A program made the translations under genes and the position numbers. The notes under the pieces are model-generated. The model was not told where the DNA came from, searched no databases, and saw only the letters and a list, made by a program, of their open reading frames with translations. From assembly GCF_009914755.1 (NCBI RefSeq), contig NC_060928.1: a DNA stretch of 64,000 bases; one strand, 5' to 3'. Shown piece after piece: positions 40,627 to 55,245 of this stretch. The DNA comes from the human T2T-CHM13v2.0 reference genome, Homo sapiens. Within the stretch, counting starts at the first letter, position 1, and each line of letters opens with the position of its first letter.

Positions 40627-41131
40627 TGTAAAACTTAAAATTAAGGTCTAATATTATCTGTACCTTGACATCCGGTAATATTGGGAGGGTCTCAAATGCC
40701 TAATCACAAGTTCCCATTCCCACTCTAGAGTCCCACAGAGTCCCGTGGCCAAAGGACCCTTCTTGTTAAATGAGCCAGGTGTAGCTCTTGCTTATCCCTG
40801 AGTAGCCAGTTTCAGTTCTCTGCTAGTCTGCAGAATTATCTAAACAAGCCAATCTATCCTCTCGTGGGAACCAAGGAGGACCCCACCCTCTTGATACTAC
40901 ACAACCTGCCTTCCACAACCTCTTATGGTTCACTCTGCTCTCAATTGCACCCCCCCCGTGTGGCCCTGCATGGTGCAGCAATTCTTCTCTTTGGGTGTGA
41001 GTATATGTCACTAGTAAACTGCTGCTGATCTCAGCTGTCCAGTGTTAGGCGTCTCATGTTCAGCTATTCCTATAGCCCTAGGGAGAGAATCTCCTTGTCA
41101 TCAATGGGCTAAATAGAAGGTGGTTAAAATA
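40627..41131 (+). mobile_element. Solo LTR (MER54/MER74-like)
   Basis: Starts TGTAAAACTTAAAATTAAGG...CCTTGACATCCGG; AGTAAA poly(A)-like signal followed by a U5-like segment. Confidence 0.6.
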
Positions 41132-41239
41132 ATGGGAGGTAGACAAACCCTGGCTTCAAACCCCTGTCCTTCCCAGGTTTTAGCTGTGTGACCTGGGAAA
41201 TTGTTTAACTTCTCTCAGCTTGAGTTCCCTCAACTGTAG

Positions 41240-41602
<363 letters not shown>

Positions 41603-41604
41603 TT

Positions 41605-42030
41605 ACTCAGTAAATCTTTACTGAGGCCTTCCTAGGTGCCAGGAACAGGGACTGTAGCAAAAACTGCATGCTGGGTTTTTGTCCACAAAGAACTAATATT
41701 CTAATGGAGGGCATAAACAACACACATTTAAAAATTAACGAGAGGGTTACAAACAGGTGCAGTGCTATGAAGAAAAAAATGCATCAAATAACAAGAATGG
41801 AATTGCTCATGCTGGGTGGAGGATGGGGGGCAATTTTAGATACGGATAGCATGGAGGGCTCTCTGGATGGTAACGTTAGAGCTGAGACCTGAATGATGAA
41901 GAGTCAGCCATTAGAAGATTTTGGAAACAGCTATTGTAGGCTGAAGGAACAGCAAATGCAAATGCCTCCAGTAGGAGGCAGCAGGGCCTGTTGGAGCAAG
42001 GCGAGAGAAGTCAGCGTGACAAGTACACGT
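41605..42030 (-). mobile_element. L2 relic
   Basis: TTACTGAGGCCTTCCTAGGTGCCAGG...GAGCTGAGACCTGAATGATGAAGAG...GGAACAGCAAATGCAAA. Confidence 0.7.
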
Positions 42031-42036
42031 GAAGAG

Positions 42037-44233
42037 TGATATGGTTTGGCTCTGTGTCAAACCCAAATCTAATGTTGAATTGTAATCCCCAGTGTTGGGG
42101 GAGGGACCTTGTGGGAGGTGATTGGATCATGGGGCAGATTACCCTCTTGCTGTTCTTGAGATAGTGAGTTCTCATGAGATCTGGTTGTTTAAAAGTGTGT
42201 GGCGCCTGTAATCCCAGCACTTTGGGAGGCCCAAATGGGCAGATCACGAGGTCAGGAGATCGAGACCACCCTGGCTAACATGGTGAAACCCCGTCTCCAC
42301 TAAAAATACAAAAAAATTAGCCAGACATGGTGGCAGACGCCTGTAGTCCCAGCTGCTCAGGAGGCTGCTGAGGCAGAAGAATGGTGTGAACCTAGGAGGC
42401 AGAGGTTGCAGTGCACAGAGATAGCACCACTGCACTCCAACCTGGGTGACAGAGTGAGACTGCATCTCAAAAAAAAAAAAAGTGTGTGGCACTTCCCTCT
42501 TCACTTTCTCTTCCTCCTGCTCCAGCCATGTAGGACATGCTGGCTTCCCCTTCACCATCTTCCATGATTGTAAGTTTCCTGAGGCCTCCGTAGCCATGCC
42601 TTCTGTATGGCCTGTGGAACTGTGAGTCAATTAAACCTCTTTTATCTATACGTTACCCAGTTTCAGGTACTTCTTTATAGCAGTGCAAGAATGGACTAAT
42701 ACAGAAAATTGGTACCACAGAAGTGGGGTATTGCTATAAAGATATGTGAAAATGTGGAAGTGATGTTGGAACTGGGTAATGGGCAGAGGTTGGAATAGTT
42801 TGGAAGGCTCAAAAGAAGATAGGAAGATGAGGGAATGTTTTGAACTTCCTAGACTTGTTGAATGGTTGTGACCAAAATGCTGATGGTGATAAGGACAGGG
42901 AAGTCCAGGCTGAGGTGGTCTCAGGTGGAGACAAGAAACTTATCGAGAAGTGGAGTAAAGTTCACTCTTGCTATGCATTAGCAAAGAGACTGGCGGCATT
43001 GTGACCCTGCTCTAGAGGTCTGTGGAACTTTGAAGTTGAGGGAGATGATTTAGGGTATCTCGCAGAAAAAATTACTAAGCAGCAAAGCATTCAAGATGTG
43101 GTCTGGCTGCTTCTAAAAGCCTATGCTCATTTGCATAAACAAAGAAATGACCTGAAACCAGAACTTGTATTTAAAAAGGAAGCAGAACGTAAAAGTTTGG
43201 AAAATTCGCAGCCCAACCATGTGGTAGAAAAGAAAAACCCACTTTCTAGGGAGGAATTTAAGGCTGTAGAAATTTGCATAAGTAAAAAAGAGCTGAATGT
43301 TAATAGCCAAGAAAATGGGGAAAATGCCTCCAGGGCATTTCAGAGACCTTTGTGGCAGCCCCTCCTTTCACAGGCCTGGAGACCTAGGAGTAAAAAGTGG
43401 TTTAGTGGGCCAGGGCCAGGGACTCATGGCTCTGTATACTCTCAGGACATGGTGCTCTGCATCCCACCTGCTCCAGCTCCAGTCATGGCTGGAAGGGGCC
43501 AAGGTACAGCTTGGGCTGTTGTTTCAGAGGGCACAAGCCCCAAGGCTTGGTGGCTTCCATGTGGTGTTGGACCTGCAGGTGCACAGAAGGCAAGAGTTGA
43601 GATTTGAGAGCCTCCACCTAGATTTCGGAGGATATATGGAAATGCCTGGATGTCCAGGCAGAAGTCTGCTGTAGAGATAGAGCCCTCATGGAGAATCTCT
43701 ACTCAGGCAGGCATAGGGGAAATGTGGGGTTGGAGCCCCTGCCCAGAGTCCTCACTAGGGTATTGCCTAGTGATGCTGTGAAAAGACGGCCACATTTTGA
43801 AATGTCAGAAGGACATGAGATTCGGGAGAGGCTGGGGTGGAATGACTGGAATGATACGGTTTGACTCTGTGCCCCTACCCAAATCACATGGTGAATTGTA
43901 ATCCCCAGTGTTGAGGGAGGGACCTAGTGGAAGGTGATTGGATCATGGGGGTGGATTTCCCCCTTTCTATTCTCACAATAGTAAGTGAGTTCTCATGAGA
44001 TCTCATTGTTTAAAAGTGTGTAGCGCTTCCCCCTTTGCTCTCTCTCTCCTGCTGCCATGTGAGGATGTCCTTGCTTCCCATTCACCCTTCTGCCATGATT
44101 GTAAGTTTCCTGAGGCCTCCCAGCCATGCTTCCTGTACAGCCTGTGGGACTGTGAGTCAATTAAATCTCTTTTCTTCATAAATTATCTAGTCTCGGGTTA
44201 TTATTTATAGTAGTGTGAGTATGGACTAATACA
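42037..44233 (+). mobile_element. MST (MaLR) provirus: 5' LTR 42037-42703, internal 42704-43851, 3' LTR 43852-44233
   Basis: Two TGATA...TAATACA LTRs; internal region starts GAAAATTGGTACC and ends in a purine-rich tract; 5-bp TSD AAGAG/AGGAG. Confidence 0.93.
42203..42481 (+). mobile_element. AluSc/Y-like, slightly 5'-truncated, inside the MST 5' LTR
   Basis: GAGATCGAGACC...GGCTAACA and GAATGGTGTGAACC; TSD AAAAGTGTGTGGC. Confidence 0.93.
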
Positions 44234-44582
44234 AGGAGTATGGCTCATAGGGCCCAGTGTGTGCCTTCCTGAGGAAGCCATCCAAAGTCAAAGCCCTCCC
44301 ACTGCAACTACTGCAGTGCATTGCTGGAAAATACAAGCTCTGTAATTCTGAAGCAGAAGGGATGCAAAGGGGTGAGCTGGAAGGAAGGCATGATGATTTC
44401 TTGGCTGAACCAGTGTCTAAACCAGTGAAAGGTCTGACTGGAGAGCATTTTTAAAGAAATGCTGCTTTTCCAGAGATTAGAACATAAAGACAGCTAGATC
44501 AAATTTTGGCAAACAGAGATCCTGTTGGGAACTGTTGCTGTGACTAATTAATAATCCCACTTGAAACTACTACCTCACCTGA

Positions 44583-44918
<336 letters not shown>

Positions 44919-45937
44919 TAATAGTTATTTTTAAAGTTCTATAAGAGTTCAATTTCTTCAGTTGGGCATCATATCTCCCTGGATTTGCACCCAATCTCCA
45001 TTACTTTCTAGGTACACAGAGCTTGAACCAAGTTCTTAAGAGTATAAGCCTCAGTTTTCTCCTCTATAAAATGGGGATGATGATGATGATGATTATATTA
45101 GCAGTACCTATCTTAGAGGGCTTTTGGAAAGATTAATTGAGACAATCCCTGAAAAACTCTAGCATACTACGTGTGACTCTGATAAGAGTCCCCAGTGTTA
45201 ATAAATATTTTCTAAAATATTGTTTACTATTAATTACTTGTTTTTTCAATACCCCAATTAAAGTTACAAATGGCTTTGGTTTGACTTGATATTCTGAATT
45301 ATTGTGCTGTTACTAAACGAGCATTTCCATTGTCCATCTGCTCAGTGTTCCTTGATGTTAAGTGGATTTATGCAGATTGTTTTGTGGATGCCATCTTTTA
45401 AACTTTCTTTACACTAAAACAATACAGCATTTGTTTTAAAATTAATACAGGTCTGCTGTAGAAATTGTAGAAAATACAGACACATATTCAGAAGATAATA
45501 AAAATCATTCATAATTTCACCCAGATCTGTCACTAATGTTTTTCCTTTTAGGCTTTTCTCTATGAATTTTAAAACATAGTTTATATTTTATATGTATTAT
45601 TTTTATTCTCATGTAAAAGTTGACATATTATAAACATGTGCATCTTATTTAAAAATTCCATAAACATTTTAAATGGCTACATAATAGTCTATTATTTGGA
45701 TTTATCAGAATTGTCTTAATAGTTTTCTTACTTCTGGCTATTTGGGTTATCTTTTATGATACAATTTTCTATTATGTTATCTATTATGAATAGTGCTGGG
45801 ATAGCATATGTGGACATCTAACGCCCAGCTCCACAGACATGGGTCTTTAATCAAAGATAATAATTTCTTTGATGACTTTCACAGTAAAGAACATTGATAC
45901 CTTATATGGGGAAGAAAATACTTCAAGTGATACAGGA

Positions 45938-46143
45938 CAGGGGTTGGAAAACTATAGCCTGTAAGCCAAATCCAGCCAGCAGGTTTTTGTAAATAAAGTT
46001 TTACTGAAACAGCTAAGTTCATTTGCTCCCACATTGTCTGTGACTGCTTTCATGCTGCAAGGGCAGAATTAAGCAGCCTGGGTTTGTAAACCCTAAGATA
46101 CTTATGGTCCGGCCCTTTACAAAAAACAGTTTGTGATTTCCTG
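45938..46143. mobile_element. MER58A
   Basis: CAGGGGTTGGAAAACT...TTTTGTAAATAAAGTTTTACTG...CCTG. Confidence 0.85.
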
Positions 46144-46602
46144 ATACAGACTGTGAGAGAACTCAGTAATCTTATCCAAAATCCAAGAATCCTAAATCAT
46201 ACATTTTTACTAATATTTTTAAAAGTCTGTCTTTAATTTTTATATTAAAAACAAATACAGAAAAAATTAACATTTAATAAAAAACTAAAATAAAATAAAC
46301 CTCCAAATGCAGACATCATGGGTGTGCCCAGTTCCACTCTCCATCCCTCCTGCTCTACATCTTAAAATTTTAGCCTGGACCAGGCAATGATTGATAGAAT
46401 AGAACAGCAACTCAGGGGAAGACTTGGGTATGAATGGGAAGTTTGTCATAATAAAGATGGCACCAGAAATCAGTCCATGGGGAAGGAAAGGTTTACTCTG
46501 CATATGGTATTGGCATATGGTGTGAATCAGGAATTTGACTCAAACCATATACAAAGATGAACTTCAGATTAACTCCTAATTGTGAAAGGTACAGCTATAA
46601 AA

Positions 46603-47410
46603 CAGTGTTGTTAATATATATCTTTTTGGTAATCTGAGGAAGCCTATAGACTCCTCAGCATAATATTTTTAAATGCATAAAATAAAATAGGATTATCAAA
46701 AGAAACAATTATGTAGAAATTTTAAAACTTGTGAAGTAAAATACATGCTTCTGTATTAAAGCATTGATATGGTTTGGCTCTGTGTCCCAACCCAAATCTC
46801 ATCTTGAATTGTACTCCCTTAATTCCCACATGTTGTGGGAGGGACCCGATGGGAGAGAATTTGAATCATGGGGGTGGTTTCTCCCATATTGTTCTCATGG
46901 TAGTGAATAAGTCTCACGAGATCTGGTGGTTTTATTAGGGGTTTCTGCTTTGCATCCTTCTCATTTTTCTCTCGCCACTGCCATGTAGGAAGTGCCTTTT
47001 GCCTCCCGCTATGATTCTGAGGACGCTCAGTCATGGAACTGTAAGTCCAATTAAACCTCTTTTTCTTCCCAGTGTTGGGAAGCATGAAAACGGACTAATA
47101 TCTGAGAAAATGGACTAATACAAGCATTACTCAGATCTGGCAGCAAATCTAACAGCTAGAGCAATTTTGAAATGTGGCACTAAAAAACAATTTTGAAATA
47201 TATGCAACAATGGTAATGTAAGCTAAAAATATACTTTTTTTGGAGACAAAATTGAAAGCCTACTACTACCACTGTGGCTTGTTGCCCACATTCATAATCA
47301 GAAGAAATATTAAATGTCTATTAGAGGTTACTGAAAATAAAAATGTATTTTTTCCCATCCAAGTTCACTGACATCTTGAATTCCAGGTTAACGCCAATCT
47401 AGTTAAAAAC
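46603..47410. mobile_element. hAT-Charlie-type DNA transposon remnant (MER119-like) interrupted by THE1
   Basis: TTTTTAAATGCATAAAATAAAATA; TTAGAGGTTACTGAAAATAAAAATGTATTTTTTCCCATCCAAGTTCAC. Confidence 0.55.
46765..47122 (+). mobile_element. THE1 (THE1A-like) solo LTR
   Basis: TGATATGGTTTGGCTCTGTGTCC...GGACTAATACA; exact TSD AGCAT. Confidence 0.92.
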
Positions 47411-47830
47411 TCCTTCAATAAAGCTGATAGAAGTAGAAGAGATTATTTTTGATTCCTTAACGCTAGGGAAGAACTTCTAAGATAGTGGCCCCAAAATGCA
47501 CAAAGAATTGATGGATTTGTTTCTTTTAAAATTCAGAAATTTTGTTTAATAAGATGACAGACTAGGAGAAAACATTTGCAACCTTCAAAACCAACAAAGG
47601 ATTCACATCTAGAATAAATGAGGAGTTTCTGCAAATCAACAAGGGAAGAACAAGAAAACCAAGTAAAAATGTATGAATAGACACTTCACAGAAGTGAAAA
47701 TCTTGTATGTGTAATAACTATGTGATGAGATGTTCACTCACTTGTAATAAATGAGTGGAAAATTAAAACATCAATGAAGTAGATACTGAATACCATCCTA
47801 TTTTCCATAAATAGAAAGCCTGTCACCAGT

Positions 47831-48200
<370 letters not shown>

Positions 48201-48629
48201 TTATAACCATTCTGAGAACAATCTGGTGCTATATACTGACACTAAAGAAACACATATATTATGACTCAACCCTCCTATCCTGAGTATATAAACAGGGAAC
48301 TCTGGCAAACCATCCTTTAATTGAACAAATATGAAAATATTCATCTCAGTGTTGTTAGTGATGGTGGATACCGGAGGCAACTTGTTATAAAATGTGGAAG
48401 GTGTGTCCTGGTGGGTGCACAGTATGTAGCAGCTGCAACCATAAGGTCCAAGGAGCTATGTGTGTATTGACAGCAACCCAGATATATCTTTAACTCATAC
48501 TATTGAGTAAGAAAAAAGGTTAAGAACATCAAGAGATCTTTAGCACAATGCCATTTAATAACATACCCACAGAAAACAACACTACATATTTTGTAAGATA
48601 TCTGTATCTTGAGAAACTGAATGTACACG

Positions 48630-49161
48630 TGAACAGTGGTAGGACCATATTTGAAAATAGAACTGGGACTCACGACCTGCAGCAACCTGCCCAGGAAACC
48701 AAATCTTTATCTGCAATAGCCAGCCCGGGAAGCCAGCCTGTTGCAAGTCAGACATCTAGAAAGTCAGATGCTATCTCTAGTAACAATTCAAGAAGCTAAA
48801 CAGTAACTTTTGTAACAATTGATCTCAAATAGCCAGGACTTGATTAACAACTCGCAACTTCCATAATTTTTGTTCCCACTTCCAACTCGAGGCCAATTAG
48901 AGAAAGTCAAATATGCACCCCTAACCAATCGCATAAGATGCCCCACTTTTAGTTAGTCTCCTCCAGCTTCTTCAGGCCAACAGCCTCCCATCAGGGCACA
49001 CCCAAAGCTTTCGCTTTCCCCCATAAATCTTCCTCACTCCTCTGCCTGCCTTTGAGTCTCTGCCAAATGCAAGTGGCGATGGCTGTCTGTTGCTATACAA
49101 CAAGCTCTGAATAAAGAGCCCTTGCCTGTTCTCATTTGGTAGGTCTTTGTTTATTCCTACA
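48630..49161 (+). mobile_element. Solo LTR (MER4-group ERV1-like)
   Basis: TG...CA ends, CCAAT box (CTAACCAATC), CATAAA TATA-like motif, AATAAA at about 49110. Confidence 0.65.
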
Positions 49162-49292
49162 GTCTCCAAAGAGACCTGCAGGGCACACGAGTGCTGCCTT
49201 TTGAGGGGTGGGAATGAACTGGATTGGAGAATGGAGCTCAGGGCCTTGCATGGACCTACAGACCATGTGCCGTGAGCTGAGGAAGTGATTTA

Positions 49293-49653
<361 letters not shown>

Positions 49654-50779
49654 ATTTGCTGTTTTTATTGCTTTTTGAATGGTATTTTTCTCTTCCGAAA
49701 TCTCTTCTACTCTTCCTGTCCTTTTTCAAGCTTCCCTCTGCTTGGGGATTAAGTATCCAGATCATTACTCCCCAGGCAGAGGCATTCAGGGAATGAAAGG
49801 AAGCCACGCTCCACCTCGCTTCTCTGACCAGCTGGTAGTGAAGATTCCCAGGGCCCACAAAGGTCCCTGCCAAACCTGAGCCTCTCTAAGAAACTCTTAG
49901 CAATGGCTCACGCAGGAGTCTTGAGTCCAGATACTCCCCCTCCGGCCTGGTTTTATCTCTATTAGAGCACAGTTTAAGCCAGTGTCCTCCTTTTTAACCA
50001 CTCAGTGCTGGAGATTAAGGGAAAAAATAGGCCCAGTGATTTCATCTCACTCTTTTTCAGTGAAAATTACTTTTCAGAACTATTAAATCTTCTGTGAAGG
50101 TTATAATAGAGGACTTAGGTTCAGTTTAGCCATTTATTAAGATATAAGCTACCAAGCCCCAATAGAAAAAATAAACAACTAGCAGTTTACTTGGATTTAT
50201 GCACAGTCTGTCTAATCAATCAATCTGTAAACATTATGCAAATGTGTGTAAACCCAAACCTAGCCCAGACTTTACGTATGCATTGTTATGTAAACGATCA
50301 ATGTTGTTAATGCAAATATTAATATAAACCTGACATTAAACACAAGTTTACACAGCCTTGCTAGTTGAAGTAGGCTTGATTTACATTGAAATATAAATAG
50401 CAATAGTGCTCCTTTCGGGGCTTGGGAAAACTGACCCGAGGTCACTGGGAGGCCAGTCTCCACTGCTTCCTCCAATTCACTTCCAACCCCTTCATTCAAT
50501 GCATCTTATGAAGAATTGGGAGAGAATTTGAACGACAACTCATCAGCCCCTACGGGTGTCTTTGTTTAGTATATCCCAGCTCCCTGTGGTGGGATCTCTC
50601 TAGGGTCACCTTTAAAGCCAGATGATCTCATCTCTGCACTAATGATGAAGAGGGGTCACTCACCAGCTTTTGCTGCAACATTGGTTGAAACATTGCAGGT
50701 GAGCCATTTTGCCAACAAGATTTGCTATTAAGAAGCCTCCTGGGCAAGTCTCAAGTCACTTTGCCCCAATCTTTTCTGC

Positions 50780-51075
50780 TGACTGGCTTCTTATCCTTCA
50801 AGTCTGTTTTAAATGTCACCTCCTCAGACAGGTCTTCCTTGATCATCTATTCTAAATAGGTTACCTCCTAGATTATTCTGTAGCACAGCACTCTATACAT
50901 TACGCTCATTCAGCTTTTCTCAATTTGTGATTACATATTTATTTGCTTATGTGTTTGTGTTAACTTTTTCCATCCTCCTCACCTATAGCTTCACAGGAGC
51001 AGAGCTACATCTGTTCACCACTTTATACTCAGTGCCAGGTACACGTGATGTGTTTAAAAATATGTTGTTGGTTGG
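50780..51075 (+). mobile_element. L2 3' region
   Basis: TTAAATGTCACCTCCTCAGACAGGTCTTCC...CAGTGCCAGGTACAC. Confidence 0.7.
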
Positions 51076-51315
51076 ATGGACACACACACCCAGGAATCTT
51101 GTGGTTTAGCCGAAAGATCTGCCTGTCTTTTCATAGGCAGCCTCAGGAACTTGCTCAGCTGTGTCTTTCCATTAGGACGTGGGACCTTCCCTGAATATAC
51201 TGATAATCTGCATGGCTTTCCTCAGTGCCTTCTGCCAGAGCAGGATTCTGTTCTCTGAGATCCCACCATGGTATAATAATAGTAGTAGGAGAAATAGCTA
51301 TCATATATTCAATTC

Positions 51316-52032
51316 TGTCTCAGTCTCTTGGGGTTGCTACAACAGAATACCATTGACTAGGTGGCTTATAAACACCAGAAATTGTTCTCACATTTCTGGA
51401 GGCTGCAAAGTCCAAGATCAAGATGCCAGCAGATTCAGTGTCTGATGAGGGCTGGCTTCCTTTTGAAGGAGGTTCATAGGTGGCTGTCTTGTCCCTGTGT
51501 CCTCCCATGGTGAGAAAAGTGAGGGAGCTCTCTGGGGTCCCTTTTATAAGGGTACTAATATGGTTCGGCTGTGTCCCCATCCAAATCTCATCTTGAATTG
51601 TAGCTCCCACAATTCCCACATGTTGTGGGAGGGACAGAGTGGGAGATAACTGAATCATGGGGGGCTGGGTCTTTCCCATGCTATTCTTGTGATAGTGAAT
51701 AAGTCTCATGGGATCTGATAGCTTTGTAAAGGGGAGTTTCCCTGCACAAGTACTCTTCTCTTGTCTGCCGCTATGTGAGATGTGTCTTTCACCTTCTGCC
51801 ATGATTGTGAGGCCTCCTAGTCATGTGAAACTGTGAGTCCATTAAACCTCTTTCTTTTGTAAATTGCCCAGTCTTGGTTATGTCTTTATCAGCAGTGTGA
51901 AAATGGACTAATACAGGTACTAATCCCATTCAGGGGCTTAGTCACCTTATGACCTTATCATTCCCAGAGGCCCTACATCCTAATACCATCACATTGGGGG
52001 TTAAGTTTTGGTATATGAATTTTGGATGGGAC
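51316..52032 (-). mobile_element. MLT1A/MSTD-like solo LTR interrupted by THE1
   Basis: TCTGGAGGCTGCAAAGTCCAAGATCAAGATGCCAGCAGATTCAG...ACACAAATATTCAGTCTGTAGCA. Confidence 0.85.
51556..51915 (+). mobile_element. THE1B/C-like solo LTR
   Basis: TAATATGGTTCGGCTGTGTCCCC...GGACTAATACA; exact TSD GGTAC. Confidence 0.92.
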
Positions 52033-52111
52033 ACAAATATTCAGTCTGTAGCAAATACTTAGTAGTTTCCAGATGTTATACTGGAGGCTTTACCCTCATC
52101 ATCTCACTTGA

Positions 52112-52309
<198 letters not shown>

Positions 52310-52562
52310 TAAGACTAATTGGATTTCTACTTTTTTGGTGTTTTGTGGAGGGGATACTTTCAATGTTGTCTTTGATCTTCATTTGGGTTGGGCTTGGGGG
52401 GTGCATTGGGAAGGAGGCCACACAAATAGAATTCCTTCTAGGCACTCTACATCTCCAGGGGATGCCTGCCTAAAACTTGCCTGCTTATGCAGAGGCTCAG
52501 GCCTTGCAGAGGGAGCTTAACTCCAATGTGTCAAATCCCAAGACTCCCATAATCATTAATAG

Positions 52563-52984
<422 letters not shown>

Positions 52985-54169
52985 TTATCTTTACATATTA
53001 TTAATAATGACAGTTTTTATTTGAACAGCACTTTGGAATTAAAAAAATGCTTTTTCCTGTATTATCTCTTCATTGCTCATCATGCCCTTTGAGGTATTAC
53101 AGCCAATTTGCAGATGGAGAAACTGCTCACAGACAGGCCACAATAGAAGCTGGAGCCTCATAGAATAAGCTACCAGCATCCCTTCGTGAGAACCCATGTG
53201 TTCCCTGGTGTCTCTCCGGGATATCTTAAGGGAAATAAGGGCATAAGAGTGGTCAGCTAGATGAGTGACTAATTCTTCTGACTGTTATAGGTTTACAAAC
53301 CCTTTTTTAAATTTGTTTTTGTTTGTAGGTTTGTTTTTTGAGAAAGGCGATATCAGCCAGGATGGGATTTTCCCCAAATAATTCTTTAGCAGAGTTTCAG
53401 AATCTTTACTTTCCACCTTGACAGTCCCCAGAGACCAACTGAAAGGACCTCACTTAATGTCTCATCCAAAGGGTATTTGCAGTACTGGCTTCATCATTCA
53501 AAGCAGGAAAGGCCTTTGTCATGGTCAAATGGCTTTAATGTGTTTTGAATGCTACATAAATTCAAACTTGATGGCTCATTTATTTGTTGGATTGAAGTTT
53601 TATACAATAAACTAAGCCTTGGTATTTACTAATAACTTGTGAACTGCCCTTTGTTTATTTAAAACAGCCAGAAGGCAAAGAAGTTGACCGAGTCCCTCAT
53701 GGCCAATATGATGTTCAGATCCTGGCATTTCCTGGGACAGTTTATGGATCAGTGGGAAGGGTCATAAGAAGGTTGTTTGTGGAGAAGACAGGGGACACAG
53801 TGGGGAAAAGTCGAAGAAGGGGAAACATTGTAGGTGGGTGTTTTATTCCAGACTTATTTTGACGCAGCCCCACCATGGTGGCTTCAACCGCTGAGTTCAG
53901 TGAGCTGGGAATTCAGAGCTTTGAGTGACAGGCCAGGCTTGGCCAGTGACTTGTGGCATGACCTTGGGAGATTCATTGCTCCTACTGTGTCTCACTGTCT
54001 CACACTGAGAAAGGAAAGCAAGTGTAGAATAAATTCAATTCATCGTTCAAGGTGAGCTTCATTAAACTACTGTCCTTTCAGGAAATCTGTGCTCTTTACC
54101 CCTATCCCATCTGCAAACATTTCTCTCTTTCTGAAACTCCAATAGACATTATTTGTCCCCACAGATACT

Positions 54170-54395
54170 GTGGGTGAGAATACAGGCTTTGGTATCACAG
54201 CTGAGTGTGAGTCCCAACTCTGCCACTCATGTAAATTGAACACGGAGGGAATATTTTTGAGCTTCCATTTCCTCACCTGCAAAATGGGAATAACTATAAA
54301 GATAACCCGCTATGTTGTTGTGAGAAAGAAATGGCAACGGACGTGTCAGGTCATCCTGCATTTAGAAGGTATTCCTTATAGAGAGGAGCGATGTT
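54170..54395 (+). mobile_element. MIR
   Basis: CATTTCCTCACCTGCAAAATGGGAATAAC...GTTGTTGTGAG. Confidence 0.75.
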
Positions 54396-55153
54396 AATTA
54401 TAGGCTTATGTTTTGGGATTTGGAGTAGAGTATAAGTGCCGGAAGAGAAGGGACCCCATGTTTGCAGTTCTTTGCCACACCCAGTGCGTGGAGATGGACT
54501 TACTTTCTGTGATAATGGATGTTCACAGCCTGCCTCTCAGGGACGGATGATGTGTCTGCCACTGAGGACTCGCTGAAGGGCAGCAGCATCTTCAGATTCA
54601 TCTGAAGGGTAAGAATGAGTCATGGGACACAAGTGGGCAAAATCTCCAACATCTCTACATTTCCGTAGCCGGGGAAATATTTCTTCCTGTTAAGATTGGA
54701 TGACAGGGTCTGCCTTCAGCACCTTCCCATTTCCACACACTTAGAGATTCCAGCAGACTCATTTGCTGGGATGAGTCCTGGCCTTGAGAAAGATACACCA
54801 GGAAATGTTTCGCTGGACTGGATCCTCGACTTGAGTTTGTTGGTCTCTGGCCAACTCCTATCTGCTGTGCCTGTATGCTTGGGTCCTGACCTAGGCGTGC
54901 TTGGCCGTGAACTCCTCTGCCCTCTGCTGCAGCTGACACTGGCAGGCCTTTCCTCATTCTTCCATGCTGGATTCTTAATTTTGTTCCAGTAGCCACGTCT
55001 CCCCTGAGTCGCTTGGATTAATTCAGGTTGGTCTAAGGCAATCATTTTAGCCTCATTCACCAAATTTGGCCAATGAGAATAGAGCTTCTGAGTAAGGCTT
55101 CTTAGCTCTAAAAAAAAAAGGGTAAAAGTGATAATAAGAAGAGCTAGTACCCC

Positions 55154-55195
55154 TGTATCAGTCAGGGTTCTCCAGAGAAATAAAACCAATAAGAG

Positions 55196-55245
<50 letters not shown>

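Noticed and set aside
54655-55189. 157-aa and 113-aa minus-strand ORFs
   Set aside because: The longer one starts inside an MLT2 LTR at a non-ATG codon; neither resembles a known protein.
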